Assembly (NCBI GenBank): GCA_037444405.1
Contig: JBBIML010000006.1
Coordinates: 128,001 to 192,000, forward strand
Reading direction: 5' to 3'
Length of the DNA stretch: 64,000 nt
Source: Armatimonadota bacterium
GTDB lineage: Bacteria; Armatimonadota; Fimbriimonadia; Fimbriimonadales; GBS-DC
Positions 37,396-47,603 of the stretch are shown piece after piece (the first letter of the stretch is position 1; each line of letters begins with the position of its first letter). The notes below the pieces were generated by a model, which saw only the letters and a program-made list of their open reading frames with translations, did no database searches and had not been told where the DNA came from. The position numbers and the translations under genes are program-made.

Positions 37396-38409
37396 TCAGG
37401 CGCGATGGGCCCTGCGGCGACGCCAGCCGAGCGCCATCAGCCCCGCCATCAGCATGCCGAGCGTGCCCGGCTCCGGCACGGGCGTGATGGCGAACAGCCC
37501 GCCCACCTCCGTGAAGCTGCCGTCCACGATTAACAGCCCGTCGCCGCTGAACGGCTCGAAGCGCGCGCCGAAGTAAGCCACGCTCGCTGGAAACGGATAC
37601 GCGCCGCTGAAGATGCCAAACGGCGTCGCCGTCGACCCGCGCAACTGCGTGAGCGTGCGACCCGTGCTGGCGATTAAATCGCCCTCCGAATCGAAGGCGA
37701 ATCCCACCAGCCCGGAGCCGCCCCCACCTGCGAGCGAGAGCGCCTCGACGAGCGTGGCGCCGATCAGCAAGCCGTCGCTGTCGAAGTGCGGCTCGTAGCG
37801 CAGCACCTGACCCGGATTGCCCGCGAAGAGCGGGTCGTTCGTATCGCCCAGATAGAGCCAGCCGCCGCGCAGGCTCACGCCGCTCGCGTAGCCGTTGCCG
37901 TAGCCGCTGACAATCACGCTGGCAGCGCCGTTCGCCACACGATAGAGCCGATTCGCGCCGGGTCCATCTGCGCCGAGCGCCAGCACCTGATTGCCCAGAA
38001 TGAACACATCCGCCGCGTTCGGGATGGCGCCTTCGGGCGCGAGCGGGGCGACGCCCGTGCCGATGCGCCACTCCAGCACGGTGTCCAGATCGCCGTTCTC
38101 GGAGAAGACCAGCGTGTTCTCGTCGCGCCAGGCAAGCCCGCCAAAAAATTGCCAGCGGCTGTCGCTGATGGCGGCGACCACCTGACGCCCGTCGGGGCGA
38201 ATGCGGTCATACACGGTAATCTCTGCGCCTCCGCCGAACCGACCGCGTGCGACCGCCAGCTGCCCGGAGGGGCTGACGGCAACGACGCCGCCGCTCAGCT
38301 CCAGCGAGAAGGCGCGATAGCCTGTCGGCGGGCTATAACCCGCCACCTGCGAACCTGCATGCTGCACCCACAGCAGCGTTAGCCCGATAAGGATGCTTCG
38401 TCCGTTCAT
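37396..38409 (-). CDS. PEP-CTERM-sorted surface protein, probable beta-propeller
   Basis: Signal peptide, beta-rich repeats (GFAFDSEGDLI), C-terminal VPEPGTL-TM-RRRR. GGAGG RBS. Confidence 0.85.
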   Translation of the reverse strand: MNGRSILIGLTLLWVQHAGSQVAGYSPPTGYRAFSLELSGGVVAVSPSGQLAVARGRFGGGAEITVYDRIRPDGRQVVAAISDSRWQFFGGLAWRDENTLVFSENGDLDTVLEWRIGTGVAPLAPEGAIPNAADVFILGNQVLALGADGPGANRLYRVANGAASVIVSGYGNGYASGVSLRGGWLYLGDTNDPLFAGNPGQVLRYEPHFDSDGLLIGATLVEALSLAGGGGSGLVGFAFDSEGDLIASTGRTLTQLRGSTATPFGIFSGAYPFPASVAYFGARFEPFSGDGLLIVDGSFTEVGGLFAITPVPEPGTLGMLMAGLMALGWRRRRAHRA

Positions 38410-38439
38410 CGCATGACCTCCTTTCTGTGGGTGCGGGTT

Positions 38440-38478
38440 TAAAAGCAACACGCGCCCGACGCTCGGTCAGGCGCGTTC
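38440..38478 (-). terminator. intrinsic terminator / expression platform of the riboswitch
   Basis: ACGCGCCTGAC-CGAGC-GTCGGGCGCGT hairpin followed by GTTGCTTTT on the minus strand. Confidence 0.65.
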
Positions 38479-38559
38479 AGGGCAAAAAGCGGATTTGCGC
38501 TATTTCCCTGACCGCACCCTGTGCTTCGCAGGGCTGCTCCCGATAGGGAGCGCGGTCGA

Positions 38560-38710
38560 CCGTGGCTGGGCATTCGGGCTTGTCCCCTCTGCGCCTTCGG
38601 GGCGGCAGGAGGCTTACCGTTGCGGCACAGCGCCGGACTCTCACCGGACTTCCCCCAACTCGTCTCAAAAGCGGCTTTTGAGACATAGCCCCAGCACGAC
38701 CTGGGGCGCA
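38560..38710 (-). promoter_or_regulatory. cobalamin riboswitch
   Basis: Minus strand reads GGGAAGTCCGGTGAGAGTCCGGCGCTGTGCCGCAACGGTAA ... AAGCCCGAATGCC (B12-box). Confidence 0.92.
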
Positions 38711-38726
38711 CACGGTCTTTAGATGC

Positions 38727-38750
38727 GCAGGGGCGAGGCGACCTCGCCCC
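38727..38750. repeat. REP-like palindrome, family B
   Basis: gcaggggcgaggcgacctcgcccc. Confidence 0.55.
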
Positions 38751-38774
38751 CTCTCACAGCCCACGATAGATGGG

Positions 38775-39587
38775 TTAATCATACCCGCTCCGCAGATATC
38801 GAATCGACTCGCGGGTAATCTGTTCGGGATCGGGCGTGTAATCGAGCGGCTCCAGCGAACACCAGCCGGCGTAGTTCACCTCGCGCAACGCCTGCAGGAT
38901 CGGCGCGAAGTCGGTCGGTCCGAAGCCTGGCGCGCGCATATCTCTGTCGTTCAGATGCACATGGCGCAGGTAGGGCGCATAGTGGCGGATGAGCGCGGGC
39001 ACATCGTCGCTCTCCGCGAGCGCGCTTTTGACATCGAGCATCGTGCCCAGCGCGGGGTGCTGCACCTGCTCCAGCAGGGCGACCGCCTCGCCAAGCGTGT
39101 TCAGCACATCGGTCTCGGACGGCGGCAACGGCTCCAGCAGGATGATAATCCCGGCGCGCTCGCACTCGCGCAGGGCAGGCTGGAGTGTATCGAGCCAGAG
39201 TTGCAACGCATCGGTGGGCGTGAGAGGTGGGAGCGTGCGTCGCTGTTTCGGCGAGCCGAACACCATCAGCGGCGCGCCAACCGCCTCCGCAAAATGCACC
39301 AGCTCCACCAGATAGTCCGCCGTGCGACGGCGAACCTCTGGGTCGGGATGCGCCACATGCAGGTCGTCCCGACCCCACAACAGCATATGCAGTCCCACAA
39401 TCGGCAAGCCGAACGCCTGTGCCGTGCACCGAATCGCCGCGCGGGTATCGGCGTCAATCTGCTCCACCGACGGCGCGAACACCAGCGGCGCCAGCTCAAT
39501 CCCCTCATAGCCCGACTCAGCAATCAGCCGACACGCCGATTCGAAGCTCAGGTGGCGCAGCACCTCGTGGCAAAGCGTGTATCTCAT
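38775..39587 (-). CDS. sugar phosphate isomerase/epimerase (TIM barrel, ketose 3-epimerase-like)
   Basis: [38 protein letters not shown]. Confidence 0.88.
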   Translation of the reverse strand: MRYTLCHEVLRHLSFESACRLIAESGYEGIELAPLVFAPSVEQIDADTRAAIRCTAQAFGLPIVGLHMLLWGRDDLHVAHPDPEVRRRTADYLVELVHFAEAVGAPLMVFGSPKQRRTLPPLTPTDALQLWLDTLQPALRECERAGIIILLEPLPPSETDVLNTLGEAVALLEQVQHPALGTMLDVKSALAESDDVPALIRHYAPYLRHVHLNDRDMRAPGFGPTDFAPILQALREVNYAGWCSLEPLDYTPDPEQITRESIRYLRSGYD

Positions 39588-40576
39588 TGCTGTTTCAGCT
39601 CGTTCATGCGGTTGCGCACCTCGCGCCCGACCTGTTCGATGGGATGTTCCGCTTCGGCGCGGGCGAGCGCGTTAAACACGGGGCGACCAACCTGATTCTC
39701 CAGCAGCCACTCCCGCGCGAACTGACCCGTGCGAATCTCCTCTAAAATCCGCCTCAGCTCGGCGCGCACCGGGTCGCTGATCAGGCGTGGACCGCGCGTC
39801 ATCGCGCCGTACTGCGCCGTGTCGGAGATGGCGAACTGCATGCCGCTGATGCCACTCTCGTAGATGAGATCGACAATCAGTTTCAGCTCGTGCAGGCATT
39901 CGAAGTAGGCGATTTCGGGCTGGTAGCCCGCCTCAACGAGCGTTTCGAAGGCGGCTTTGATCAGCGCGGGCACGCCGCCGCACAGCACCGCCTGCTCGCC
40001 GAACAGGTCGCTCTCACACTCCTCGCGGAAGGTGGTCTCGTAGACGCCCGCGCGCGTGCCGCCCAGCGCCCGCGCGTAAGCGAGCGCAATCGCCTTCGCG
40101 CTGCCCGTGTAGTCCTGATGGATGGCAATCAGGCAGGGTGCGCCGTGCCCCGCCACAAACAGCCGCCGCAGCTGGGGACCAACCGCTTTCGGCGAGACCA
40201 TGAACACATCGATATCGGGCGGCGGCACAATCTGACCGTAGTGGATATTGAACCCGTGCGCGAAGCCGAGCGCGACACCAGAGCGTAAAGCGGGCGCGAT
40301 CGATTCTGTATAGACGCGCGGCTGATGCTCGTCATTAATCAGCATCATAATCACATCGGCTTCGGCGACGGCTTCGGGCACGCTCATGACGGGGAAGCCG
40401 TCGGCTTGCGCGCGCTCCCACGAGCCGCCCTGCCGCACGCCGATAATCACATTTAGCCCGCTATCGCGCAGGTTCAGCGCCTGCGCATGACCCTGCGAGC
40501 CGTAGCCAATCAGCGCGATGGTCTTACCCTGCAGAATCTCCATCGGCGCATCCGCATCCGTGTAAACGGTTGCCAT
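39584..40576 (-). CDS. ilvC: ketol-acid reductoisomerase
   Basis: [53 protein letters not shown]. Confidence 0.98.
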   Translation of the reverse strand: MATVYTDADAPMEILQGKTIALIGYGSQGHAQALNLRDSGLNVIIGVRQGGSWERAQADGFPVMSVPEAVAEADVIMMLINDEHQPRVYTESIAPALRSGVALGFAHGFNIHYGQIVPPPDIDVFMVSPKAVGPQLRRLFVAGHGAPCLIAIHQDYTGSAKAIALAYARALGGTRAGVYETTFREECESDLFGEQAVLCGGVPALIKAAFETLVEAGYQPEIAYFECLHELKLIVDLIYESGISGMQFAISDTAQYGAMTRGPRLISDPVRAELRRILEEIRTGQFAREWLLENQVGRPVFNALARAEAEHPIEQVGREVRNRMNELKQQ

Positions 40577-40627
40577 TCAGCGTCTCCCCCGCCATCCTTT
40601 CGCCATCTCACTGGAACTTCCTGTTCG

Positions 40628-43342
40628 CTATTCAAACTTCAGCACGAGGGTGGGTTCCAGCGGGTAGCAACCCATCGTGGCGCCGTAGATGGCAAGTCCG
40701 CCGGGCAGGTCGGGCGGCACGGTCAGGCGAACGGTCAGCACGCGCTCGCGTTGCAGCTGCGTTCGCAGGCGGTTGGAAACTTCGAGCGTGGCGGTGCGCC
40801 GATAGCCGTACGAGCCGCGCTCGACACCCGCCCAGTGCGACAGCACGCCACGCGCGTCGGCAGGGTCATCGGGCAGCTCCCAGCCTGTTATGCGTATGCC
40901 GTTGAGTGCCACCTCCACGCGCGAGAGGAACTTCTTGCCGTCGGTCTGCGGATAGTCGGCAGGGTGAACGCGCTGGCTCCAGTCGACCTTTTCGCGTCCC
41001 GCTTTCGCTGCTACCTCCATCACCAGCGTGATGCGCTGGAGCCTGTCCAGCGGCGCATCATCGGGCAGGCGCACCGTATACTCCACGAAGCCGTGTCCGC
41101 GCCCGTAATGCTTGCCCGCGATAGGGCTGGCGGGCGCGCTCTGCAGGCTGAACTCGCTGCGAGCGTAGTCGGTCGGGCGAAAGCGCACGATGAGCTGATT
41201 CGGGCTACGCCACTCGGTGGCAGGTATCTCATCCAGCGCGACCGCCCACTGCGTGTAGTTGATATGGATGCGCCTGCCACGCCTATCCTGTAGCCAGACG
41301 ACCAGCGTCGCCAGCGCGGGCTGATCGGGCAGAGCCACCTCCAGCGTCGCCAGTGGGGTCAGGCGGTACGCCGGCGGGCTGGCGATGCGCATGCGCTCCA
41401 CCTCGCCCTGATAGCGGTTGCCCAGCGTGTCCAGCCAGTCCAGCCGATAGCAGAGCGTGAGGGCGCCGCGCCAGCGCCCCGAATAGTGGCTGAACAGCAC
41501 GGGCACCTTCACGCGCTCGCCCCGCCGCGCCCGCTTGATGGCAGGCACATCCAGCACCAGAAAATCTTCCGCGAACAGATCAGCGACGGTCATCCCCTCC
41601 ACCCAGAAGTCGAACCCGAACTCTTTGGGCGAGCGGTCGTAGTTATACACGCCGTTATGCTCCCACTCGATGTCGGTCAGCTCGGTGTAGGTGTAGCCGA
41701 CCAGTTTATCGAGGCTGCGCAGGGCGTTCACGGCGGCGAGATTGCCCCACGACCAGTCGCCATCGCCGTCGCCCGCCGCCAGATAGCTGAACTCGTTATT
41801 GATGAACGGCTCACCGCGACTGACACGCCCGTCGATATAGTTCCAGCCTTTGCCGGCGCCAATCTCGCGCGCGTTGATCTGGCGATAATGCTCACGCAAG
41901 GCGTCCACATCGCGCCCGTACCAGTGGAACGAGTTCAGATCAGTCTCCAGATGCGACCAGCCGGAGTTATCGTGAACCAGCCGTGTGGGGTCTAACTGCC
42001 GCGCGAGCTGCACCATCTGCAGCACCCAGTCGACGCGATGGGCGCGGTCGGTGTTCGCCAGCGAGCCGATGCCCCACTCCTCGTTAAAAATCGTCCAGAT
42101 AATCAGGCTTGGATGATTGAAGTCGCGCTCGATCTGGTCGCGCATGGTGCGTTCGAACAGCTGGCGGGCGCGGGCGGTGGGCAGGTAGACGCAGGGGATG
42201 TCCGCCTGAACGAGGATACCCAGCCTATCTGCCCAGTAGAGCTTGCGCGGCTCGTCCGCCTTAATATGGATGCGCAACATGTTGAAGCCTGCCCGCTTCG
42301 CCAGCTCGATATCGCGCCGCAGAAACGCATCGTCGGGCGCGGTGTAAATCCCGCCGGGATTGAATGACTGATCCAGCACGCCACGCAGAAAGATAGGCTC
42401 ACCGTTGAGCAACACATAGCTGTAGTCAGAGCCGTTGTACCTGCCCCAGCGCACGGTGCGCAGTCCGAAATAGCCGCGCACTTCATCAAGCAGCGTCTGC
42501 CTGTCCGATGAGGGGCGCAGCTGCACGATGAACGGGTACAGCGCGGGCGTTTCTGGTGTCCAGAATCGGGGACGGGCGACCTTCAGGCGCAACTCCAGCC
42601 GGGTCTGATCCGCCGCGAGCGACGCGCTTGCCTGCCCAAACTGGCGATTGGGCGAGCGCACGCTGATATGCAGGGGCATCCCATCCTGCGTGCGCCCGAT
42701 TTCAATCTGCAATCGGACGGCGCCCGTGGGCACGCCGTCCGTGTCGCCCTCTATGAGAACCCGCCACCGTTCAACCCATGCCTCGCCCGTCGCTTCCAGC
42801 CACACGCTCTGCCAGATGCCGCTGGTGCTGGTGTACCATGTGGGGATTTGCTTGCCGAGCGGGGTTTCGGGGTCGGTGCGATCTTCCACGCGCACCACGA
42901 GCCGATTGGGGCGGTCGAAGCGCGCCCAGCGCGTGATGTCGAATCGGAACCCGGAGTAGCCGCCCTCGTGATCGCCCACCCGCTCGCCGTTCACCCACAC
43001 CTGTGCCGCCCAGTCGACTGCGCCGAAGCAGAGCCAGATGCGTTTGCCCTGCCATTCGGCTGGCAGGCTGAACTCGCGCCGATACCACGCGACGCCTTTA
43101 TAGTCGGTGCGCTGGATGCCGCTCAATCGGCTCTCCCAGCCGAAGGGCACGCGAATGCGCGCCTCAAAGGGCGTCTCACGGCGCATCCAGCCGTCGGTCA
43201 GCCCGCGATTGTCGGGGTCGAACTGAAACTCCCAGATGCCATCGAGCGAGTGCCACAGCGGGCGTTCAAAATCGGGGCGCGGATGCAAATCGGTCACGCC
43301 TGTCAGCGTCGCCAACGCCGCCATCGTCGCCATCCATGCCAT
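40628..43342 (-). CDS. glycoside hydrolase family 2
   Basis: HPRPDFER, FGAVDW, SGIWQSVWLE, GFNMLRIHIK, NHPSLIIWTIFNEEWG, YTELTDIEWEHNG. Confidence 0.92.
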   Translation of the reverse strand: MAWMATMAALATLTGVTDLHPRPDFERPLWHSLDGIWEFQFDPDNRGLTDGWMRRETPFEARIRVPFGWESRLSGIQRTDYKGVAWYRREFSLPAEWQGKRIWLCFGAVDWAAQVWVNGERVGDHEGGYSGFRFDITRWARFDRPNRLVVRVEDRTDPETPLGKQIPTWYTSTSGIWQSVWLEATGEAWVERWRVLIEGDTDGVPTGAVRLQIEIGRTQDGMPLHISVRSPNRQFGQASASLAADQTRLELRLKVARPRFWTPETPALYPFIVQLRPSSDRQTLLDEVRGYFGLRTVRWGRYNGSDYSYVLLNGEPIFLRGVLDQSFNPGGIYTAPDDAFLRRDIELAKRAGFNMLRIHIKADEPRKLYWADRLGILVQADIPCVYLPTARARQLFERTMRDQIERDFNHPSLIIWTIFNEEWGIGSLANTDRAHRVDWVLQMVQLARQLDPTRLVHDNSGWSHLETDLNSFHWYGRDVDALREHYRQINAREIGAGKGWNYIDGRVSRGEPFINNEFSYLAAGDGDGDWSWGNLAAVNALRSLDKLVGYTYTELTDIEWEHNGVYNYDRSPKEFGFDFWVEGMTVADLFAEDFLVLDVPAIKRARRGERVKVPVLFSHYSGRWRGALTLCYRLDWLDTLGNRYQGEVERMRIASPPAYRLTPLATLEVALPDQPALATLVVWLQDRRGRRIHINYTQWAVALDEIPATEWRSPNQLIVRFRPTDYARSEFSLQSAPASPIAGKHYGRGHGFVEYTVRLPDDAPLDRLQRITLVMEVAAKAGREKVDWSQRVHPADYPQTDGKKFLSRVEVALNGIRITGWELPDDPADARGVLSHWAGVERGSYGYRRTATLEVSNRLRTQLQRERVLTVRLTVPPDLPGGLAIYGATMGCYPLEPTLVLKFE

Positions 43343-43441
43343 ATCCGTCCATGTGCCCCTATTGTACCAGAGGGAAGGGGTAATGACGCGAGGGAATCCT
43401 TCGTGAAGCCGAACCAGTATGAGAGGGTATTATCTTGGGTG

Positions 43442-44539
43442 ATGCACCGATTCGCCTTTGTGATTCATCCGATCGATGTGAAGCGGGATGCGGCGCGGAA
43501 GTATCCGATTGCCCGCTACCTGCCTGAGCGCTGGGTGGAGAGCCTGCTGAAGCGCAAGGAGCCGATGGTGGTCTCGCGCATCACGGGCATCCGTTCGCTC
43601 ACGGGCGTACAGACCGAAGGCTGGTTCATCGGTTGCCCGCTCTCGCCCCGCATGATGCTCTCGCTGCCGCTGGAGTTCGTGTATCAGAAGATTATCCGTT
43701 GCGGTCAGATTGCGCAGGAGCTGGGCGCGGAGATTATCGGGCTGGGCGCGTTCACCTCGGTGGTGGGCGACGGCGGCATCACGATTGCCCGCCACCTCGA
43801 TATCGCCGTCACCACGGGCAACAGCTACACGGTCGCGACGGCGATTGAGGGCGCAATCAGGGGTGCGGAGCTAATGGGCATCCCGATTGAGCAGGCAACG
43901 GTGGCGGTGGTGGGCGCGACGGGTTCCATCGGGCGCACCTGTGCGCAGGCGCTAGCGCCCGTCGCGGCACGAACCCTGCTACTGGGGCGTGATGCCAGCC
44001 GACTGGAGCCGATTGCCGACGAGCTGCGAGCCGCCGCGCACGGAACCGTGCAGGTCGCCACCGACTTAGCTCGCGCACTACCCGACGCCGATGTGGTCAT
44101 CACTGTTACCAGCGCAGTCGATGCGATTATCGAGCCAGAGCATCTGAAGCCGGGCGCCGTCGTGTGCGATGTGGCGCGTCCGCGCGATGTGTCGGTGCGG
44201 GTCGCCCGCGAGCGCGATGATGTGCTGGTGATCGAAGGCGGAGTGGTAGAAGTGCCCGGCGAGGTGGATTTCGGCTTCGATTTCGGCTTCCCACCCCGCA
44301 CCGCCTACGCCTGCATGTCCGAAACGATGATGCTGGCACTGGAAGGGCGTATCGAGAGCTTCACGCTGGGCAAAGAGGTGAGTTTGCAACAGGTGGAGAC
44401 CATGCAGGCGCTGGCACGCAAGCACGGCTTCCGGCTGGCAGGCTTCCGCAGCTTCGAACGCGCGCTCACCGACGCCGAGATCGAGCGCATTCGCGCGAAC
44501 GCCGGGCGCAAGCGGGCGCACGCTTACTCACCCGCCTGA
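43442..44539 (+). CDS. acyl-ACP reductase-like / COG5322 NAD(P)-dependent oxidoreductase
   Basis: FAFVIHP, GLGAFTSVVGDGG, TTGNSYT, VVGATGSIG, DVARPRDV, AYACMSETM. Confidence 0.8.
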   Translation: MHRFAFVIHPIDVKRDAARKYPIARYLPERWVESLLKRKEPMVVSRITGIRSLTGVQTEGWFIGCPLSPRMMLSLPLEFVYQKIIRCGQIAQELGAEIIGLGAFTSVVGDGGITIARHLDIAVTTGNSYTVATAIEGAIRGAELMGIPIEQATVAVVGATGSIGRTCAQALAPVAARTLLLGRDASRLEPIADELRAAAHGTVQVATDLARALPDADVVITVTSAVDAIIEPEHLKPGAVVCDVARPRDVSVRVARERDDVLVIEGGVVEVPGEVDFGFDFGFPPRTAYACMSETMMLALEGRIESFTLGKEVSLQQVETMQALARKHGFRLAGFRSFERALTDAEIERIRANAGRKRAHAYSPA

Positions 44540-44572
44540 AAGGGCGAAGTTCCGAGCAGTCCCGGCTCTCTG

Positions 44573-44588
44573 TGGCACAAAAGGTGCT
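44573..44588 (+). promoter_or_regulatory. candidate sigma-54 promoter (-24/-12)
   Basis: TGGCAC-AAAAG-GTGCT has the canonical GG-N10-GC spacing, ~20 nt before ATG 44609. Confidence 0.5.
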
Positions 44589-44608
44589 GAATGCTCCTGT
44601 GAGCCACC

Positions 44609-44908
44609 ATGTTGAAAGAGAGCTGGGGACTGATTCTTATCTGCACGGCTGACGCGCTCAGCACCTACTGGCTGATCACGAACGAACTGGCGACGGAGTT
44701 CAACCCGATTATGAACTGGGTGCTGGGCTTTGGCTGGGGCGCGTTCTTCGGGGTGAAGGGCGCGACCGTGATGCTGGCTGTCGGCTTCGCCGAGTGGTAT
44801 CGGCATCACAACCCGCTCTTTGTGCGCCGATGGACTCGCCTCTGCATCGGGCTGTATCTGACGCTGTGGACGCTCGGCGTGCTGACAGGCTGGCTCGTCG
44901 ACAGGTAA
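44609..44908 (+). CDS. small membrane protein (DUF5658-like)
   Basis: D..ST...E.NP.M...F..K pattern and three TM segments. Confidence 0.7.
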   Translation: MLKESWGLILICTADALSTYWLITNELATEFNPIMNWVLGFGWGAFFGVKGATVMLAVGFAEWYRHHNPLFVRRWTRLCIGLYLTLWTLGVLTGWLVDR

Positions 44909-44924
44909 ATCGGCTGATGGCTGG

Positions 44925-46535
44925 TTATAACGCTTCGGGCGGTTCGTCCTCCGCCTCTTCAGGGCTGATCTCATGCCCGTTAAAGCTGCGCTTGATGGCT
45001 TCGACCAGCGCCTCGCCTTCGAGGGTGGGTTGTGCGACGGGCGGCGGTGGGAGCGCCTGCGAGTCGCTTTCGGGCAGCACTTCCAGAATCACCTGCGCCT
45101 GCGGCATGTTCACCTGTTTGCGCACCATGTCGACGAGGGTGTTCTCGCGCTGGGGCGAATGGCGAAAATACTGGCGTGCCATCTCGCTGCGCAGGTAGAG
45201 GCGAACGGTGTTGCCCTCGATGTGCAGGCGCGAGCCATCCAGATTGCGCCCCCCGACAGGGCTTCTCTCCTTGAGTCGCTGGACGAAGGTGTGCCAACGC
45301 TGATTGATGGCGTCGGGTTCAGGCGCGGCAGGCGATTCTTCGGGTGTCGCTTCGGCGGGCGCAGTTTCGGTCGGCTGGGTCGGTTCGGCATGCGGTGCAG
45401 CGGGTTCAGCCACTGCAGGCACGGGTGATGGAGCGACAGTGGGTGCTGTTGGCTCGCTGGCGAAGGTGAGCAGGGTCAGCTCCAGCACGGCGCGCGGTGA
45501 GCCTGCCATGCGCATCTCGCTGAGCGTCTCCGCCATGCGCTCCCACCAACGCAGCAGGCGTGGCACGGTCGCCCGCACCGCCTGCTCCCGCATCGCGCCC
45601 CACTGCGCCGGGTCGTAAGCCTGCTGGCGATGGTCGCCCTGCACGGCTGCCTGAATCAGCGCACGCCAGTGCTGAATCAGCGATTCTGCCAGCACGCGCG
45701 GCTCGCGCCCCAGCCGCAGCTGCGCGTCGAGCGTGTCCAGCACGGCGGCGGCGTCGCCCGCTATCAGCGCGTCGGTCAGGCGCATCAGCGTCTCGTCTTC
45801 CAGCACGCCCAGCGCGTTATACACCGTTTCGGGCGTGATGGTGCCCTCGCTGAAGGCAATCACCTGCTCCAGCGCGGTGAGCGCGTCACGCCATGAGCCG
45901 TCCGCTGCCCGCGCAATCAGGTGCAACGCCGCTGGCTCCGCCTGCAGACCCTCCGCGCGAACCACATACTCCAGTCGCTTCACAATATCGGCAATCGTGC
46001 CCCTGTGGAAATCGAACCGCTGACAGCGCGAGCGGATGGTCGGCGGCACGCGATGGAACTCGGTGGTCGCCAGAATGAACACCACATGCGGCGGCGGCTC
46101 CTCCAGCGTCTTCAACAGCGCGTCGAACGCCTTCGCCGACAGATCATGCACCTCATCAATAATGTACACCTTATAGCGCGCCTCCATCGGGGGATACTTG
46201 GCGTTCTCGATAATCGTGGTGCGCACATCCTCGATGCTGGTCTCGGACGCGGCGTCCATCTCGATCACATCGACGCAGTTGCCTTCATGGATGGCGCGGC
46301 AGAATCGGCACTCTTTGCAGGGGTTCGGCGTGGGACCCTGCTCGCAGTTGAGTGCTTTGGCGAGCAGGCGGGCGGCGGAGGTTTTGCCCGTGCCGCGCGG
46401 TCCGCAAAACAGGTAGGCGTGCGCCCACCTGCCCTGCTGGATGGCGTTGCGCAGGGTGATGGTGACATGCGACTGCCCCATCAGCTCGTCGAAGTCCTGC
46501 GCCCGATATTTGCGATAGAGGCTGATATACGCCAC
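44925..46535 (-). CDS. dnaX: DNA polymerase III subunit gamma/tau
   Basis: LYRKYR, GPRGTGKTS, zinc Cys cluster, IIDEVH, LLKTLEEPP, TIRSRCQ. Confidence 0.97.
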   Translation of the reverse strand: MAYISLYRKYRAQDFDELMGQSHVTITLRNAIQQGRWAHAYLFCGPRGTGKTSAARLLAKALNCEQGPTPNPCKECRFCRAIHEGNCVDVIEMDAASETSIEDVRTTIIENAKYPPMEARYKVYIIDEVHDLSAKAFDALLKTLEEPPPHVVFILATTEFHRVPPTIRSRCQRFDFHRGTIADIVKRLEYVVRAEGLQAEPAALHLIARAADGSWRDALTALEQVIAFSEGTITPETVYNALGVLEDETLMRLTDALIAGDAAAVLDTLDAQLRLGREPRVLAESLIQHWRALIQAAVQGDHRQQAYDPAQWGAMREQAVRATVPRLLRWWERMAETLSEMRMAGSPRAVLELTLLTFASEPTAPTVAPSPVPAVAEPAAPHAEPTQPTETAPAEATPEESPAAPEPDAINQRWHTFVQRLKERSPVGGRNLDGSRLHIEGNTVRLYLRSEMARQYFRHSPQRENTLVDMVRKQVNMPQAQVILEVLPESDSQALPPPPVAQPTLEGEALVEAIKRSFNGHEISPEEAEDEPPEAL

Positions 46536-46556
46536 GGTGCGACCACCCGCCAGATT

Positions 46557-47465
46557 TTACCCTGCAGGGGGTTTCTGCTGGAAAATCTCGCCGTCGCGGC
46601 AGAAGTAGGCTTCGAATCGGTTGGGCTGGGTGGCAGCGCAGCCGAAGTCGCCGTCGGCACGGATAGCAATCACCGCCGCCTGATGCTCGACGACTTCGGG
46701 CAGGCGGCGCACCATCGATTGAATGACCTGCTCGCACGCGCGCTGTGCGGAGACGCCCTCGCGCATCAGTTCCACCACGCGTGAGCAGAGCGCGAACCGC
46801 CAGATTTCCTCGCCCATACCGGTGGCGACGGCGGCGCCCGCCTCGTCGTCGGCATAGAGACCCGCGCCCACAATCGGCGAATCGCCCACGCGCCCCGGCA
46901 TCTTCCATGCCAGCCCGCTGGTGGTGCAGGCCGCCACCACATGCCCCGCATGCCAGCCCAGCACCCCGACCGTATCGTGCGGCTCGTCGGCGGCTGACGC
47001 TGCCCGTACGACCGATACATCCTGCGGCGCCTGCTGCTTCTGATACCATTCGTACCAGCGGCGCAGCGATTCTTCAGTCAGCAGCGAGCGTGGCTGGAAA
47101 CCCTGCTGGAGGGCGAACCGCTCCGCGCCCTCCCCAATCAGCATCAGGTGCGGCGTCTGCTCCATCACGCGCTGGGCTATCTGGATGGCGGGCACGAAGC
47201 GTCGGATGCCTGCGACTGCGCCCGCGCGCAACTGCGTGCCCTCCATCAACGCGGCGTCCAGCTCCACCTCGCCTATCCGATTGGGCAATCCCCCCAGCCC
47301 AACCGACATCACATCGGGATCTAACTCCACCGCGGACGCGCCGGCGACCACCGCCTGGATCAGTCGCTGACCTGGCGGTGCGTCGGCTTGCTGCTGCCAC
47401 ACACGCCACGCCTCCGCCACCGCCCGCTGTCCAAACCACCATGTCGCTGCGAACAGGGTCTTCAT
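46557..47465 (-). CDS. Ntn-hydrolase: isoaspartyl peptidase / glycosylasparaginase
   Basis: SVGLGG.P, ELDAALM, HDTVG (nucleophile Thr), TSG..KMPGRVGDSP, ATGMGE. Confidence 0.92.
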   Translation of the reverse strand: MKTLFAATWWFGQRAVAEAWRVWQQQADAPPGQRLIQAVVAGASAVELDPDVMSVGLGGLPNRIGEVELDAALMEGTQLRAGAVAGIRRFVPAIQIAQRVMEQTPHLMLIGEGAERFALQQGFQPRSLLTEESLRRWYEWYQKQQAPQDVSVVRAASAADEPHDTVGVLGWHAGHVVAACTTSGLAWKMPGRVGDSPIVGAGLYADDEAGAAVATGMGEEIWRFALCSRVVELMREGVSAQRACEQVIQSMVRRLPEVVEHQAAVIAIRADGDFGCAATQPNRFEAYFCRDGEIFQQKPPAG

Positions 47466-47603
47466 AGCAGGAAATGATTCACCCCGTTCCCCGTTTATCC
47501 TGCAGAGGACACGCCTGCACCTTCAACCCCACAACAGCACCGATTCACCTCCCTTAAGCAGGAATCGAACCTACCCATGTGAATCTCAACTGGGTGGACA
47601 ACT

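Noticed and set aside
42668..43441. N-terminal extension of the 623-aa ORF
   Set aside because: Antisense to the GH2 gene; a -10 box supports the start at 43442.
45330..45460. Pro/Ala/Glu-rich low-complexity stretch in dnaX
   Set aside because: Ordinary tau linker; no slippery poly-A frameshift site was seen.
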